A stretch of 32,486 bases of DNA. Source: Candidatus Woesearchaeota archaeon. Its GTDB lineage: Archaea > Nanobdellota > Nanobdellia > Woesearchaeales > JACRKL01. The position numbers and the translations under genes were made by a program. Below, in pieces: positions 24,448 through 32,486 of the stretch; position 1 is the stretch's first letter, and each line of letters begins with the position of its first letter. Location: assembly GCA_016219835.1 (NCBI GenBank), contig JACRKL010000043.1:1-32486 (forward strand), in the 5' to 3' direction. The notes under the pieces are model-generated. The model had not been told where the DNA came from. It was given only the letters and a program-made list of their open reading frames with translations, and did no database searches.

Positions 24448-26960
24448 TTCCCTCATCTGCCCGTAAGCACCTTCATGACATCTTCATGAAGGATCATGCA
24501 GAGGTTGAAGAAGTCATCGCAGCTTACCATGCAAAGGATCTTGACCGGCTTTCATTTAGTCTTAAAGCAATTCGTCCATGCACTGAACCAGTCTCTTTGG
24601 AAGGCATTACAGCATCTCTTCTTTATGGTCGCATCAAGAATCATGCATCATCTTCAGCAGGCATGCTGCAACGGCTTGATTTTACTGAAGGTTTGCTCTA
24701 TCAACATGTTGTGGATTATCTTCCCTGGGCAACAACTGCAGGCAAAGTTCCTGCAAAGGATGCCATTATGTTAGAAGCTTTGCTCTTTGACGCTGCGGCA
24801 TCTTCCTATGCTGCATTTATCAAAGAAGCTGAACGCATCCTGCAAGAGGGAGGATTGCATGATGCACGTTCATTCCCCCTTGACGATGCGGTGAGTTGGT
24901 GCTATACCTTTGCACAACGGCTATCTTCTGCAAAGAAAGAATCCGATCATCGCAAACCAACGACAAAGCAGCAGCAAACGTATAGAACAAATCCAACGGT
25001 TGAGCTTGCTGCTGATCTGTTCATTGGACTCTTGACAACGCAGGAAGCAGTATCGCTGGTTGGATCCCTTCCCGAAAAACAGGACGCGAAACGACTGCTG
25101 TTGTTTGATGCTCTGTTTTCGTATCTCCGGCAAGAAGCTCCACAGATATACTCCTATATTGATCACACCCTGCGGAATGCAGGGTTGTATTCTTCAGCAG
25201 ATCCAGCTTCCATTCGAAAAAACGTACCACTCTTTGTCCCTTCACTTCTCTCTTCACTTCAAGAGTCTCTGCATTCTCCGCATTTGCCCGCAAGAGAACT
25301 TCAACTTCTTGCACCACTGCAAGTTATGCATTCTGCACTGGTTGACTTGCAGCAAAAAACCAAGAAGGAGATCGAGAGCATGTATAGTGATATTTCTTCT
25401 GGAAAGATCCCCTATGAAGACATCATTGCCATGCCTCAGAAAAGATCTATAGACTTATTTATTTCAGCATATGCGCAGGGAGATATACATCTTGCCATGA
25501 CCGGGTCTGCTCTCTACTGCCTGCTTGTTGAGGGCACCTCGGATGATCCTCAGTTATGCGATGGTCTTGTCAAAAGTGCAACGGACTATTGCAGGAGAAC
25601 TGCACAAACTGTCCCTATATTATTCAATGGAAGCATATCCGAGGAATCTGTTGGCAAACTCGCCAACCATTTGGAAATGCTTTCTTCGATGAACAAATTT
25701 ACTGCTCTTAGCAGCGTGAGTGATGCACATGCTGAGGTTTTTCTTAAGGAACGTCATGCTGCAAACGTTGCGGTTGATGAACAAAAGAAGAAGATTATCG
25801 ATTTGATCTTCCCAACTCACCATGCAGCAGAGGGATACTCTAGGCGGGGATGTCACAACTATGCTGACTGGAAGATGCAGAATGACTTCATGAGCAATAC
25901 GTTGCCATTCCTGAAAAGCCCATCGGTGGTTTCCACGTATGCGAGACTCATCGACGATGAGGTTATTGAATTTGAACCCGGTGCTTGGCTCATTCCTCCC
26001 ATGACCGATCTTGAAACAAAGATCGCCAACCTTGAAGTTGTAGCTCAAGAGATCAACGATAACCTCTCCGCCTATGCCTCTTCCTCTGCAGATCGGCGCC
26101 ATCATCTGCAGGAGACTGAGCAAGGTATCACCGCTCTCCTCAAGCAGCTTCTCACCGTTTCATACGGTGATGCCTCTCGAGTTTGTGATGTTCAAAAGAT
26201 CCTGCAGGATGGTCTTGCTTACCTCCATTCCTGCGTGTCTGATGAAGGCTCACCCGAGTACGAGTCAGCAAAGAATGCGATCTATGCAGGTGTTATCCTG
26301 GCTGATCAGAGAAAGAACGAAATCCTGTCTGAAGCTGCGGTAGAAGTGCAACGCATCAGAGAGTCACTCATTCCTTACGGTCTCTATAGTCAGGAGGCAG
26401 ATGCATTGCGTGAAGAACGAATGCTGCTCGATGACATTGCATCTGCGTATGCTGCACTTGATGCATCATCGGGACAACAAGAACTGCTTTCTACAACCAT
26501 CTCGCAAGTGGAATCGCTCAGCGAACTGATCCAGAAGACCGTAAGCCAGAGATCAGACCTGCTCATGGAGGTACAACTGCATCTCAAGCCGATAGCTACA
26601 AGAATCAAAAGCCTTGCGAAACACAAGCAGAATTATGCCACTCTTTCCCAGATTGCATACCAGTACCGTAAGTTGGTTGAAGTAGAATCTAGAGTTCCAA
26701 GATGTTTGGAGCACGACCAGCAGCTTCGTCAGACCTATAACCAGATCATCGAGCAGATTGCAGATACGCGGCAAACGGCAGAACAGCGGCTTGGAGAAAT
26801 GGAAGCGAGAGTTTCTTCATCTCTTCAATCGCTTCGAGGCGGACTTGAGGAACTGCATGGAAATTTTGAACTGGGTTCATACATGACGCTGCGTGATTCT
26901 TTTTCTGAACAGCAAAAACTCTATGGGGTTCTACAGCAGGCACGGGGTGGTCATTCATGA
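24444..26960 (+). CDS. Large alpha-helical hypothetical protein (838 aa)
   Basis: GGGGAGGAA RBS and ATGA overlap with the E1 stop. Long helix-rich ORF with no TM helix and no motif recognised. Confidence 0.7.
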   Translation: MIPSSARKHLHDIFMKDHAEVEEVIAAYHAKDLDRLSFSLKAIRPCTEPVSLEGITASLLYGRIKNHASSSAGMLQRLDFTEGLLYQHVVDYLPWATTAGKVPAKDAIMLEALLFDAAASSYAAFIKEAERILQEGGLHDARSFPLDDAVSWCYTFAQRLSSAKKESDHRKPTTKQQQTYRTNPTVELAADLFIGLLTTQEAVSLVGSLPEKQDAKRLLLFDALFSYLRQEAPQIYSYIDHTLRNAGLYSSADPASIRKNVPLFVPSLLSSLQESLHSPHLPARELQLLAPLQVMHSALVDLQQKTKKEIESMYSDISSGKIPYEDIIAMPQKRSIDLFISAYAQGDIHLAMTGSALYCLLVEGTSDDPQLCDGLVKSATDYCRRTAQTVPILFNGSISEESVGKLANHLEMLSSMNKFTALSSVSDAHAEVFLKERHAANVAVDEQKKKIIDLIFPTHHAAEGYSRRGCHNYADWKMQNDFMSNTLPFLKSPSVVSTYARLIDDEVIEFEPGAWLIPPMTDLETKIANLEVVAQEINDNLSAYASSSADRRHHLQETEQGITALLKQLLTVSYGDASRVCDVQKILQDGLAYLHSCVSDEGSPEYESAKNAIYAGVILADQRKNEILSEAAVEVQRIRESLIPYGLYSQEADALREERMLLDDIASAYAALDASSGQQELLSTTISQVESLSELIQKTVSQRSDLLMEVQLHLKPIATRIKSLAKHKQNYATLSQIAYQYRKLVEVESRVPRCLEHDQQLRQTYNQIIEQIADTRQTAEQRLGEMEARVSSSLQSLRGGLEELHGNFELGSYMTLRDSFSEQQKLYGVLQQARGGHS

Positions 26961-29900
26961 CAACGCTGGAAGAACAGTTCAGCCAGCTGGAAGCGATGAT
27001 CCAAGAATCTGATAATTTCGCAAGGCATAGGCTTACTGAAGAGATGAAGAGTCTCTTGGAATTTCCTAGTGGACCGTTGTATAGCCAGGACATTCCTGCT
27101 ATTCGTGCGCAGATGAAAAAAGCAAGCTCTCTGGAACGGTGCGCAAGAAAGTTATCGGTTGAGCATGCTTCCTTGGGATCATGGAAATCCTCGATGAGCC
27201 AGAAGGTGGGATCCTTTCAGCAGGAATTCAAGAACCAAGAATCTGCTCTTGCATCGACGGTAAAGACCCTTCATGAACTCGAGGAAACAGTTAATGCAGT
27301 ACCGGATGCAACCCGCCCCATGCATGCCCTTCATTGGATGGATGCTGTTGAGGCATTGCAGCATCAGAAGGAAGATAAGCTTAGTGTATATGCTCCATGG
27401 AAAGATGACGTGCACCTCCGAGTGCGTATTGAACTCATAGAACAACGGCTTGCAGATGCCAGAAAAATCTACGATGCCCATCGGCTGGAGCTTGCGTCTT
27501 CTTCTCGTGCATATCTCACGACTGCAACAACGGTTTCTGGTTCCTTGACCTTGGACGCTGTTGCGAAGCAGCAAGCCCTTCAGAAGAAGGCTGCGCCATA
27601 TCGTGAGTTGCTGCAACGAACTTCCCCTGCGGACAATGAGGGGGGAGATTATGCATCACTCCTCTCTGCATATGTTACAGGGATACATGCTCGTATCATT
27701 GAGGAACTTGACGGACTGTCGCAACGATGTAACCTAACTTATATCCCTCATCAGGAACTGCCTGACTTCAAAGAACAAATTACTCGGGTAAAAGAACTCC
27801 GCAACATTTCACGCCTGCTTTCCATAGACGGGCTGCCCTTTAAGGAAATGATCCATCACGCCAAAACGCTCATCTCTTCATCAGCCAGAGAACGCAAACG
27901 CCGCGCTCAGGTGATCGCATCAATAGACGATGCTGCACAGCAGGTTTTTACGTCTGTTGCATCAGACGACTGGCGTTCCATACTTGCTTCTTATCACACG
28001 CTGCTGGGCATGAAGTACCCTGATGAAACATGGAAGCTGGATGATACACTTGCTCGAGATGTTGAACGATATGTAACAACGCGGAGAGATCATGCCTCGC
28101 AATTGCTTTCCATGCTGTGGGAGTCAGCCAGAGCATATCATCAGCATCAGAAGGATGCGATCGTTAGTGTTGAGTCTCTGCTTACTCGCCCGATCATTGC
28201 AGAGTACGTCTCTGCATTTTCTAACGAAAAGAAACGATGGTTGGAGAACGGCAAAGATCTTGGTGAGTTATTGCAGCATCTCCCTCCATCTGGTGAAAAC
28301 CTTTCCCCGTCATGGGGTCAGCAGGAGATCGCAGCGTATGATCTTCGTCTTGCAAAACTTCCGGAAGAACTGGATTTTCTTGACCAGCAGATTGATGATG
28401 TGCACTGGTATCACCAGCGCGAGCAGCTTGATGGCATAGCACAGCGGGTTACCGAAATCAAAGCAGTCTATACGCTTCTTAGCCTCCCTGAAGAGATGCC
28501 TGCTTCACTGCTCGAAAAAGTAACGGAGGCCACATCACTCATTGCATCTGCCTATGACACCCATCAGCGTGCCTTAACAACGTTAGCACAGGAGCTTGAT
28601 GTGATGCAGAGAGAAACCGCTGACGTAGACGGAGCATCACTCTATCCGCTGTTTTCTCGTTTGGAGAACATCTGGGAAAGACTTTCCCCGCTCTATGCAG
28701 AAGAAGCCCTTACCGAGCAGATCAATCATACTGCTGCACATGCTGATACTATCGCTGGAACTCTTGATGGAAAAGTCAAGGCGATGCTTCTTAGCGAGTA
28801 TGCCCGACCGATAAAACAACATGCAGGGAGCATCAGAAAAAATGCAGGAGCAACATCAGCCGACCATGATACGCTTACGGTTGGTGTTCAGGCGCTTGAG
28901 GAGCTGATACCTGCGCTTGCTCAACTCAAACATCCGCGGTATGATCTAATTATTAACCATCTTCTTTATCATACTGAGCAAGCCGTTGCTCTCGGCAGAA
29001 AAAAAATAGCAGAGTATGACGTGCTCTTTGCAGATCGAAAACAGATGCTGGAAACAGAAGCGGTTCAGCTCGAGCAGCTGTATTTCCGCGCTGCTGCTAT
29101 TGCTTCGAATGACTTCTTTGCCAACGCCGCTTTTTTAAAAGAATGGTTGGCCTTGGGCGAAGCATTTTTCTCTCGGCTGTTGGGTGAGACGCCGGCATGG
29201 AAGAAAGATCCTGCCTTTGTGAATGACACACATCGGATTGAAGAGGCAAGTGAGATGCTCGGTTCTGTGATAACCGGTATAGGAAATACGCTTGAAACTG
29301 ATGCTCGTGCCTCGCATGAGGAGTTTTCCCGTCTTGTTCAGTTGCCGTGTTTGACCTCTTCAGATACATGGGCACTCCAGTTTGCGAAAGGAGTTTATTG
29401 TTTACTGGTTGATGCTCTCAAGTCCATTGAGCCAACAGATCTTGGTGTGGAATCCTCAGCGGCGAGATTTATGGACGACCATCTCACCAGCATCGTCAAA
29501 GAGTCTCCTTCCCTTCTCATTGCTGCCGATGCTGCCATTGCTTCATACGATCTTGCTGTTGCAGCTGATAGGAAAAAGATTGCGGACATCCAGCAGAAAT
29601 TATCGCAGCTCTATTTTCCAACAATTGAAGAGAAAAAATACCGTGATCCTGCAGATATTTCCTTGCCGAAGAGAGGGATAACTCTGGCTACGTATGGTAC
29701 CACTTTACAAAATCTCCTTGAGCAATATGCTTCTTTGTCGCCTAGAAAAGAAGATGATGCTCTGCGTGATGAACTCAGGGCTATAGATGAGCAGATGTTC
29801 CGCCAGATAAAATCCTATCATCAGATGGTGAAGCCGGTGATCAATCAGTTGCGAGTGGAATATCAGGCACAGGAGAAAGCTGCAACTGCTTTGCAAGAGC

Positions 29901-30040
29901 AAGGTATTGGAATCATGCATCCACTCCGCAATAGGCAGTACCAATCTCTGCAGCGGGAAGTTGACGAAAAGAAAGCATACCTGCAACCCCTGACTACGAT
30001 CTTAGGAAATCTGCGCCGACTGTCGGAGGTACTTTCATGA
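26957..30040 (+). CDS. Very large alpha-helical / coiled-coil hypothetical protein (1027 aa)
   Basis: ATGA overlap with the upstream gene. Uninterrupted 3.1-kb ORF with helix-rich, E/L/A/Q-rich composition. No motif recognised. Confidence 0.7.
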   Translation: MTTLEEQFSQLEAMIQESDNFARHRLTEEMKSLLEFPSGPLYSQDIPAIRAQMKKASSLERCARKLSVEHASLGSWKSSMSQKVGSFQQEFKNQESALASTVKTLHELEETVNAVPDATRPMHALHWMDAVEALQHQKEDKLSVYAPWKDDVHLRVRIELIEQRLADARKIYDAHRLELASSSRAYLTTATTVSGSLTLDAVAKQQALQKKAAPYRELLQRTSPADNEGGDYASLLSAYVTGIHARIIEELDGLSQRCNLTYIPHQELPDFKEQITRVKELRNISRLLSIDGLPFKEMIHHAKTLISSSARERKRRAQVIASIDDAAQQVFTSVASDDWRSILASYHTLLGMKYPDETWKLDDTLARDVERYVTTRRDHASQLLSMLWESARAYHQHQKDAIVSVESLLTRPIIAEYVSAFSNEKKRWLENGKDLGELLQHLPPSGENLSPSWGQQEIAAYDLRLAKLPEELDFLDQQIDDVHWYHQREQLDGIAQRVTEIKAVYTLLSLPEEMPASLLEKVTEATSLIASAYDTHQRALTTLAQELDVMQRETADVDGASLYPLFSRLENIWERLSPLYAEEALTEQINHTAAHADTIAGTLDGKVKAMLLSEYARPIKQHAGSIRKNAGATSADHDTLTVGVQALEELIPALAQLKHPRYDLIINHLLYHTEQAVALGRKKIAEYDVLFADRKQMLETEAVQLEQLYFRAAAIASNDFFANAAFLKEWLALGEAFFSRLLGETPAWKKDPAFVNDTHRIEEASEMLGSVITGIGNTLETDARASHEEFSRLVQLPCLTSSDTWALQFAKGVYCLLVDALKSIEPTDLGVESSAARFMDDHLTSIVKESPSLLIAADAAIASYDLAVAADRKKIADIQQKLSQLYFPTIEEKKYRDPADISLPKRGITLATYGTTLQNLLEQYASLSPRKEDDALRDELRAIDEQMFRQIKSYHQMVKPVINQLRVEYQAQEKAATALQEQGIGIMHPLRNRQYQSLQREVDEKKAYLQPLTTILGNLRRLSEVLS

Positions 30041-31491
30041 CGGAGAAACAAGATTCACGAAAGGACATGTTGCTCAAGGACATGGATGCTACACTTGGAG
30101 ATCTGGAAACAGTACTCTCACAGCCGCATCCCGTTGTCCAGAGATCACGATGGAAGAAAGCAGTTCTTGGAGTCATGAGTAGTCTTGCAATTGCTGCTGG
30201 GATTTTTTATGCTGGAGGAAGAGCTTTGGTCACTGAAGTGATACAGCATCCTGCAACCTACCAAAACGATTGGACCATGCGAACCATCGGTGATTTTTAT
30301 GCTCCACTGTTTGGAATTCCAACGATAACGCCAACTCCTAGCGCAACACCAATTCCAACCACGACTCCGCAACCTAGAAGGCGTCCAAAGAAAAATACCC
30401 CAACACCAGAGCCAACGGCAACAGCGACACTTACTCCAACGAATACGTCAACCATACAGCCGACACTAACCCCCACTCTGATCCCAACCAGTACTCCAAC
30501 AGCAACACCTTCCCACACCATGACAGCTTCTCCAAAAAACACATGTACTCCTACACCGTATCCTACCAACACACGACGACCAACAAAAACACCAACAGCA
30601 ACTCTTACCCCAACCAGCACCAAAATCCCAATACCTACGAAAACTCCAACGAGGACACCAACTCCAAAACCGTATCCTCTTTTCTTTTACCAGACCGGTT
30701 GTTCTTGGGAGAAAGTCAATGAGATTCTCTCCTGGAATCAATCCGTAGTTCTCTACAATGTTTCTACTTGCTTAAACAAACCTATCACGATTGACCTGTA
30801 CGTTCTTCCCGGTCATACCCTTGAGATTGAAGAAGGAGTAACACTCAACTTTGGCGAACAAGGGTCGTTAAATGTAGGCGGCACCTTGTCTGCCATAGGT
30901 AAGAAAGGAAGAGAGATTATGTTTAAGGGGGGTGATTTATTTTTCTATGGTGTAGGCTCAAATAATTCACAACTCGAATATTGTGTTATATCCCATGGAA
31001 GTGGCAGAAAACAGTTCACTGCAAGAGGTTCACCGGAGGTAGTTCCTGTTCAAAAAGCAACTATCGGCGGAGGTTTATTGCTCTGGCGATCTTCACCAAC
31101 ATTTCGGCATTGTACGATCGAGCATAACGCTGCAGGTTACGGCGCTGGTGCTTACCTTATGGACTCATTAGCTCTTTTTCAGTATACTACGTTTAGGAAC
31201 AACGCTGCTACCTCCAACGGAGGTGGTCTTTGTGTTGTCGGCGGAGATCCTCACTTCATCATGAATACAATTACAAAAAATACTGCATCGCGGGGCGGTG
31301 GTCTTGAATTGTTTAGAAGCTCCGTTAATGGAAAAGCATTGCCAAATAATAACTCCATCACCTTAAACCAAGCGACAGAAGGTGCAGGGATCTATCGGTT
31401 TGATAATCAATCTCCCCATGAAAAGCCGATTGAGTTGAATAGTAATAACTACCTTTGCATCGATGGCAAATGCACGCTGGTGAAACCATGA
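30037..31491 (+). CDS. N-terminally anchored surface protein: ~120-aa PT linker plus PbH1 beta-helix (484 aa)
   Basis: GGAGGT RBS and ATGA overlap. N-terminal motif [16 protein letters not shown] ([19 protein letters not shown]), PT-rich linker (nt ~30319-30675), then beta-helix repeats ([63 protein letters not shown]). Paralogous to the 16544 product. Confidence 0.8.
   Translation: MTEKQDSRKDMLLKDMDATLGDLETVLSQPHPVVQRSRWKKAVLGVMSSLAIAAGIFYAGGRALVTEVIQHPATYQNDWTMRTIGDFYAPLFGIPTITPTPSATPIPTTTPQPRRRPKKNTPTPEPTATATLTPTNTSTIQPTLTPTLIPTSTPTATPSHTMTASPKNTCTPTPYPTNTRRPTKTPTATLTPTSTKIPIPTKTPTRTPTPKPYPLFFYQTGCSWEKVNEILSWNQSVVLYNVSTCLNKPITIDLYVLPGHTLEIEEGVTLNFGEQGSLNVGGTLSAIGKKGREIMFKGGDLFFYGVGSNNSQLEYCVISHGSGRKQFTARGSPEVVPVQKATIGGGLLLWRSSPTFRHCTIEHNAAGYGAGAYLMDSLALFQYTTFRNNAATSNGGGLCVVGGDPHFIMNTITKNTASRGGGLELFRSSVNGKALPNNNSITLNQATEGAGIYRFDNQSPHEKPIELNSNNYLCIDGKCTLVKP
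30319..30675 (+). repeat. Pro/Thr-rich linker-coding low-complexity region (~120 aa)
   Basis: Imperfect ACN-CCN periodicity encoding [19 protein letters not shown]...[12 protein letters not shown]. It generates the Gly/Val-rich shadow ORFs on the minus strand. Confidence 0.85.
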
Positions 31492-32369
31492 ACCCTGAAG
31501 ATAGAAAACAAAAGCTGTTGCAGGATCTTGATGAAACACTGGGATCACCAGCAGAGGATCATGGTGGTTACCAGATACCACCTCCTCATCGACGGATATC
31601 ATCGTTCAAACGTACGCTTATCCATGGTGCATGCGTTGGGCTTGCCTCCGGAATATTGGTTGTTGCGTCGAATTATCTGGAGACGCATGATTCGTTCTTT
31701 CCACCTACACCGACTCCTGCTGTTGCTGCGACTCTCACTCCTACATCTACCCCAACTTCATATCCTACACTCACACCTACATCAACTCCAACCATGACAT
31801 CAACGCCGACTCAATATCCTACTTCAACATCCACGCCTACTCCAACTGGGACATCGACACCGATAAGAACTCCTTATCCCGCTCAAACACCCGACCTTTC
31901 TTCTATAACCCGTCTAACAGCTAGAAAAGAGGTGGCTAATGCACTTTTTCATAGCAGTTATCAGGATCTTCTTTTTGAGCCACAGAAACTAACTTTTCTG
32001 AGGTTTGATGCAAGCCTTGCTGCACTCAGAATGAGAGGATATGATCGTCATGCAAGGCCTAGTGAAGAATTCGGATTTATCATCGCAGGGATGGAAGGAA
32101 GACTCTCTGCTGCAGATACCAAAATTGCCGGGGGCATGGTTTTTGATGGTAGAGAATGGCTGAGTATGGCTTATGAAGTCACACAGTCAGGAGGGAAGCA
32201 GTGGCTTACGGTGTACGTTGATCCGACGAACCTTCAGTATAGAATTCTTGAATACCAATGGAACGGCCCTCCTCAGTATTCTGCGTCTAAAAGATATGAG
32301 ATCACCGGTTTACCTCTCAAGAGAATGGTAGACTTGGATAAATTTCCGGTAGTGTTAGTAAATGACTGA
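31488..32369 (+). CDS. N-terminally anchored surface protein: PT linker plus unknown C-terminal domain (293 aa)
   Basis: ATGA overlap. The N-terminal motif RKQKLLQDLDETLG is paralogous to the 30037 product. TM (LIHGACVGLASGILVVA), PT linker (nt ~31701-31892), then a ~150-aa C-terminal domain of unknown type. The last 22 nt lie in the right ITR. Confidence 0.7.
   Translation: MNPEDRKQKLLQDLDETLGSPAEDHGGYQIPPPHRRISSFKRTLIHGACVGLASGILVVASNYLETHDSFFPPTPTPAVAATLTPTSTPTSYPTLTPTSTPTMTSTPTQYPTSTSTPTPTGTSTPIRTPYPAQTPDLSSITRLTARKEVANALFHSSYQDLLFEPQKLTFLRFDASLAALRMRGYDRHARPSEEFGFIIAGMEGRLSAADTKIAGGMVFDGREWLSMAYEVTQSGGKQWLTVYVDPTNLQYRILEYQWNGPPQYSASKRYEITGLPLKRMVDLDKFPVVLVND
31701..31892 (+). repeat. 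Pro/Thr-rich linker-coding low-complexity region (~64 aa)
   Basis: Encodes [64 protein letters not shown]. Confidence 0.85.
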
Positions 32370-32486
32370 CAGAAAGATTTTTATTCTTTGAAATATTTGG
32401 TGTGCGTATGGCACCAAAACTCATCTGCACAAGCTGCAACAGCAGCAATATCGTTATGAATGGACTTACTTCTGCCAAGAAGCAGA
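32348..32486. repeat. Right terminal inverted repeat (ITR)
   Basis: Reverse complement of 1-139 (see left ITR). It overlaps the last 22 nt, including the stop codon, of CDS 31488..32369. Confidence 0.95.
32378..32389 (+). terminator. Oligo-T tract downstream of the last CDS
   Basis: TTTTTATTCTTT begins 9 nt after the stop at 32369. Oligo-T tracts act as archaeal intrinsic terminators. It lies inside the ITR. Confidence 0.25.

Larger units (their letters stand above)
1..32486. mobile_element. Apparently complete linear extrachromosomal element (virus or linear plasmid) delimited by terminal inverted repeats
   Basis: The window begins and ends exactly with a 139-bp inverted repeat. About 98% is coding by my CDS calls and 26 of 27 CDS are co-oriented. 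No housekeeping genes, tRNA or rRNA are recognisable. Confidence 0.6.

Noticed and set aside
30319-30675. Periodic short repeats that might suggest a CRISPR array or a non-coding tandem repeat
   Set aside because: The periodicity is 6-nt and irregular, with no repeat-spacer architecture. The region lies in frame within a long ORF and encodes a PT-rich linker. The same applies to 15590-15655 and 31701-31892.
30297-30741. Gly/Val-rich and Cys/Trp-rich minus-strand ORFs (30297..30623, 30466..30741)
   Set aside because: They are antisense read-through of the Pro/Thr-linker coding repeat (ACN-CCN periodicity) of CDS 30037..31491 and are not independent genes.
1-32486. Interpretation as a casposon or a transposon with terminal inverted repeats
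   Set aside because: I recognise no Cas1, transposase, integrase or family-B polymerase in any frame. No flanking sequence or target-site duplication is visible because the window ends at the repeats. This cannot be fully excluded without read-level or genomic context.

Overview
The 32,486-nt window starts and ends with the same sequence in inverted orientation. Positions 1-139 are the reverse complement of 32348-32486: 115 nt are perfect from the tips, there is one mismatch at 116/32371, and identity stops abruptly at 140/32347. I therefore read it as a complete linear replicon (virus or linear plasmid) with terminal inverted repeats, not a chromosomal slice.

I call 27 CDS covering roughly 98% of the sequence. 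Twenty-six are on the + strand. Most are preceded by GGAGG/GGTGA-type ribosome-binding sites, and many are joined by ATGA or ATGnnTGA start/stop overlaps. The only minus-strand gene is a TrmB-like winged-helix regulator. It sits at one of only two internal intergenic gaps longer than 100 nt. There and at 685-692, TTTTTAAA and TTTTATA boxes lie about 26 nt upstream of start codons (archaeal-style, leaderless); a third box (TTTATATA, 11063-11070) lies about 50 nt upstream of its ATG. Together with PT-rich linkers and PbH1 beta-helix surface proteins, this suggests but does not prove an archaeal host.

Recognisable content:
- an Mrr-like PD-(D/E)xK nuclease
- a classical AAA ATPase
- an SF3-helicase-like P-loop NTPase
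- an LDH/MDH-like::beta-propeller fusion followed by a PP2C phosphatase and a Hanks-type Ser/Thr kinase
- four N-terminally anchored surface proteins (one GXGXG beta-helix, two PbH1 beta-helices, one unknown)
- a left-arm cluster of small signal-anchored proteins
- several large all-helical proteins with no motif I can recognise

The stand-out is 18123-24447, an apparently complete ubiquitin-like conjugation cassette on a mobile linear element. It contains three tandem beta-grasp-like paralogues (the third has an internal di-glycine followed by a removable tail) and an E2-like candidate. It also has a JAB/MPN+ metalloprotease with an intact HxHx7Sx2D motif and a two-domain (inactive plus active adenylation) ThiF/E1-like enzyme. 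The cassette is translationally chained to two giant helical proteins.

I see no DNA polymerase, capsid, terminase, integrase/transposase, tRNA, rRNA or CRISPR array.
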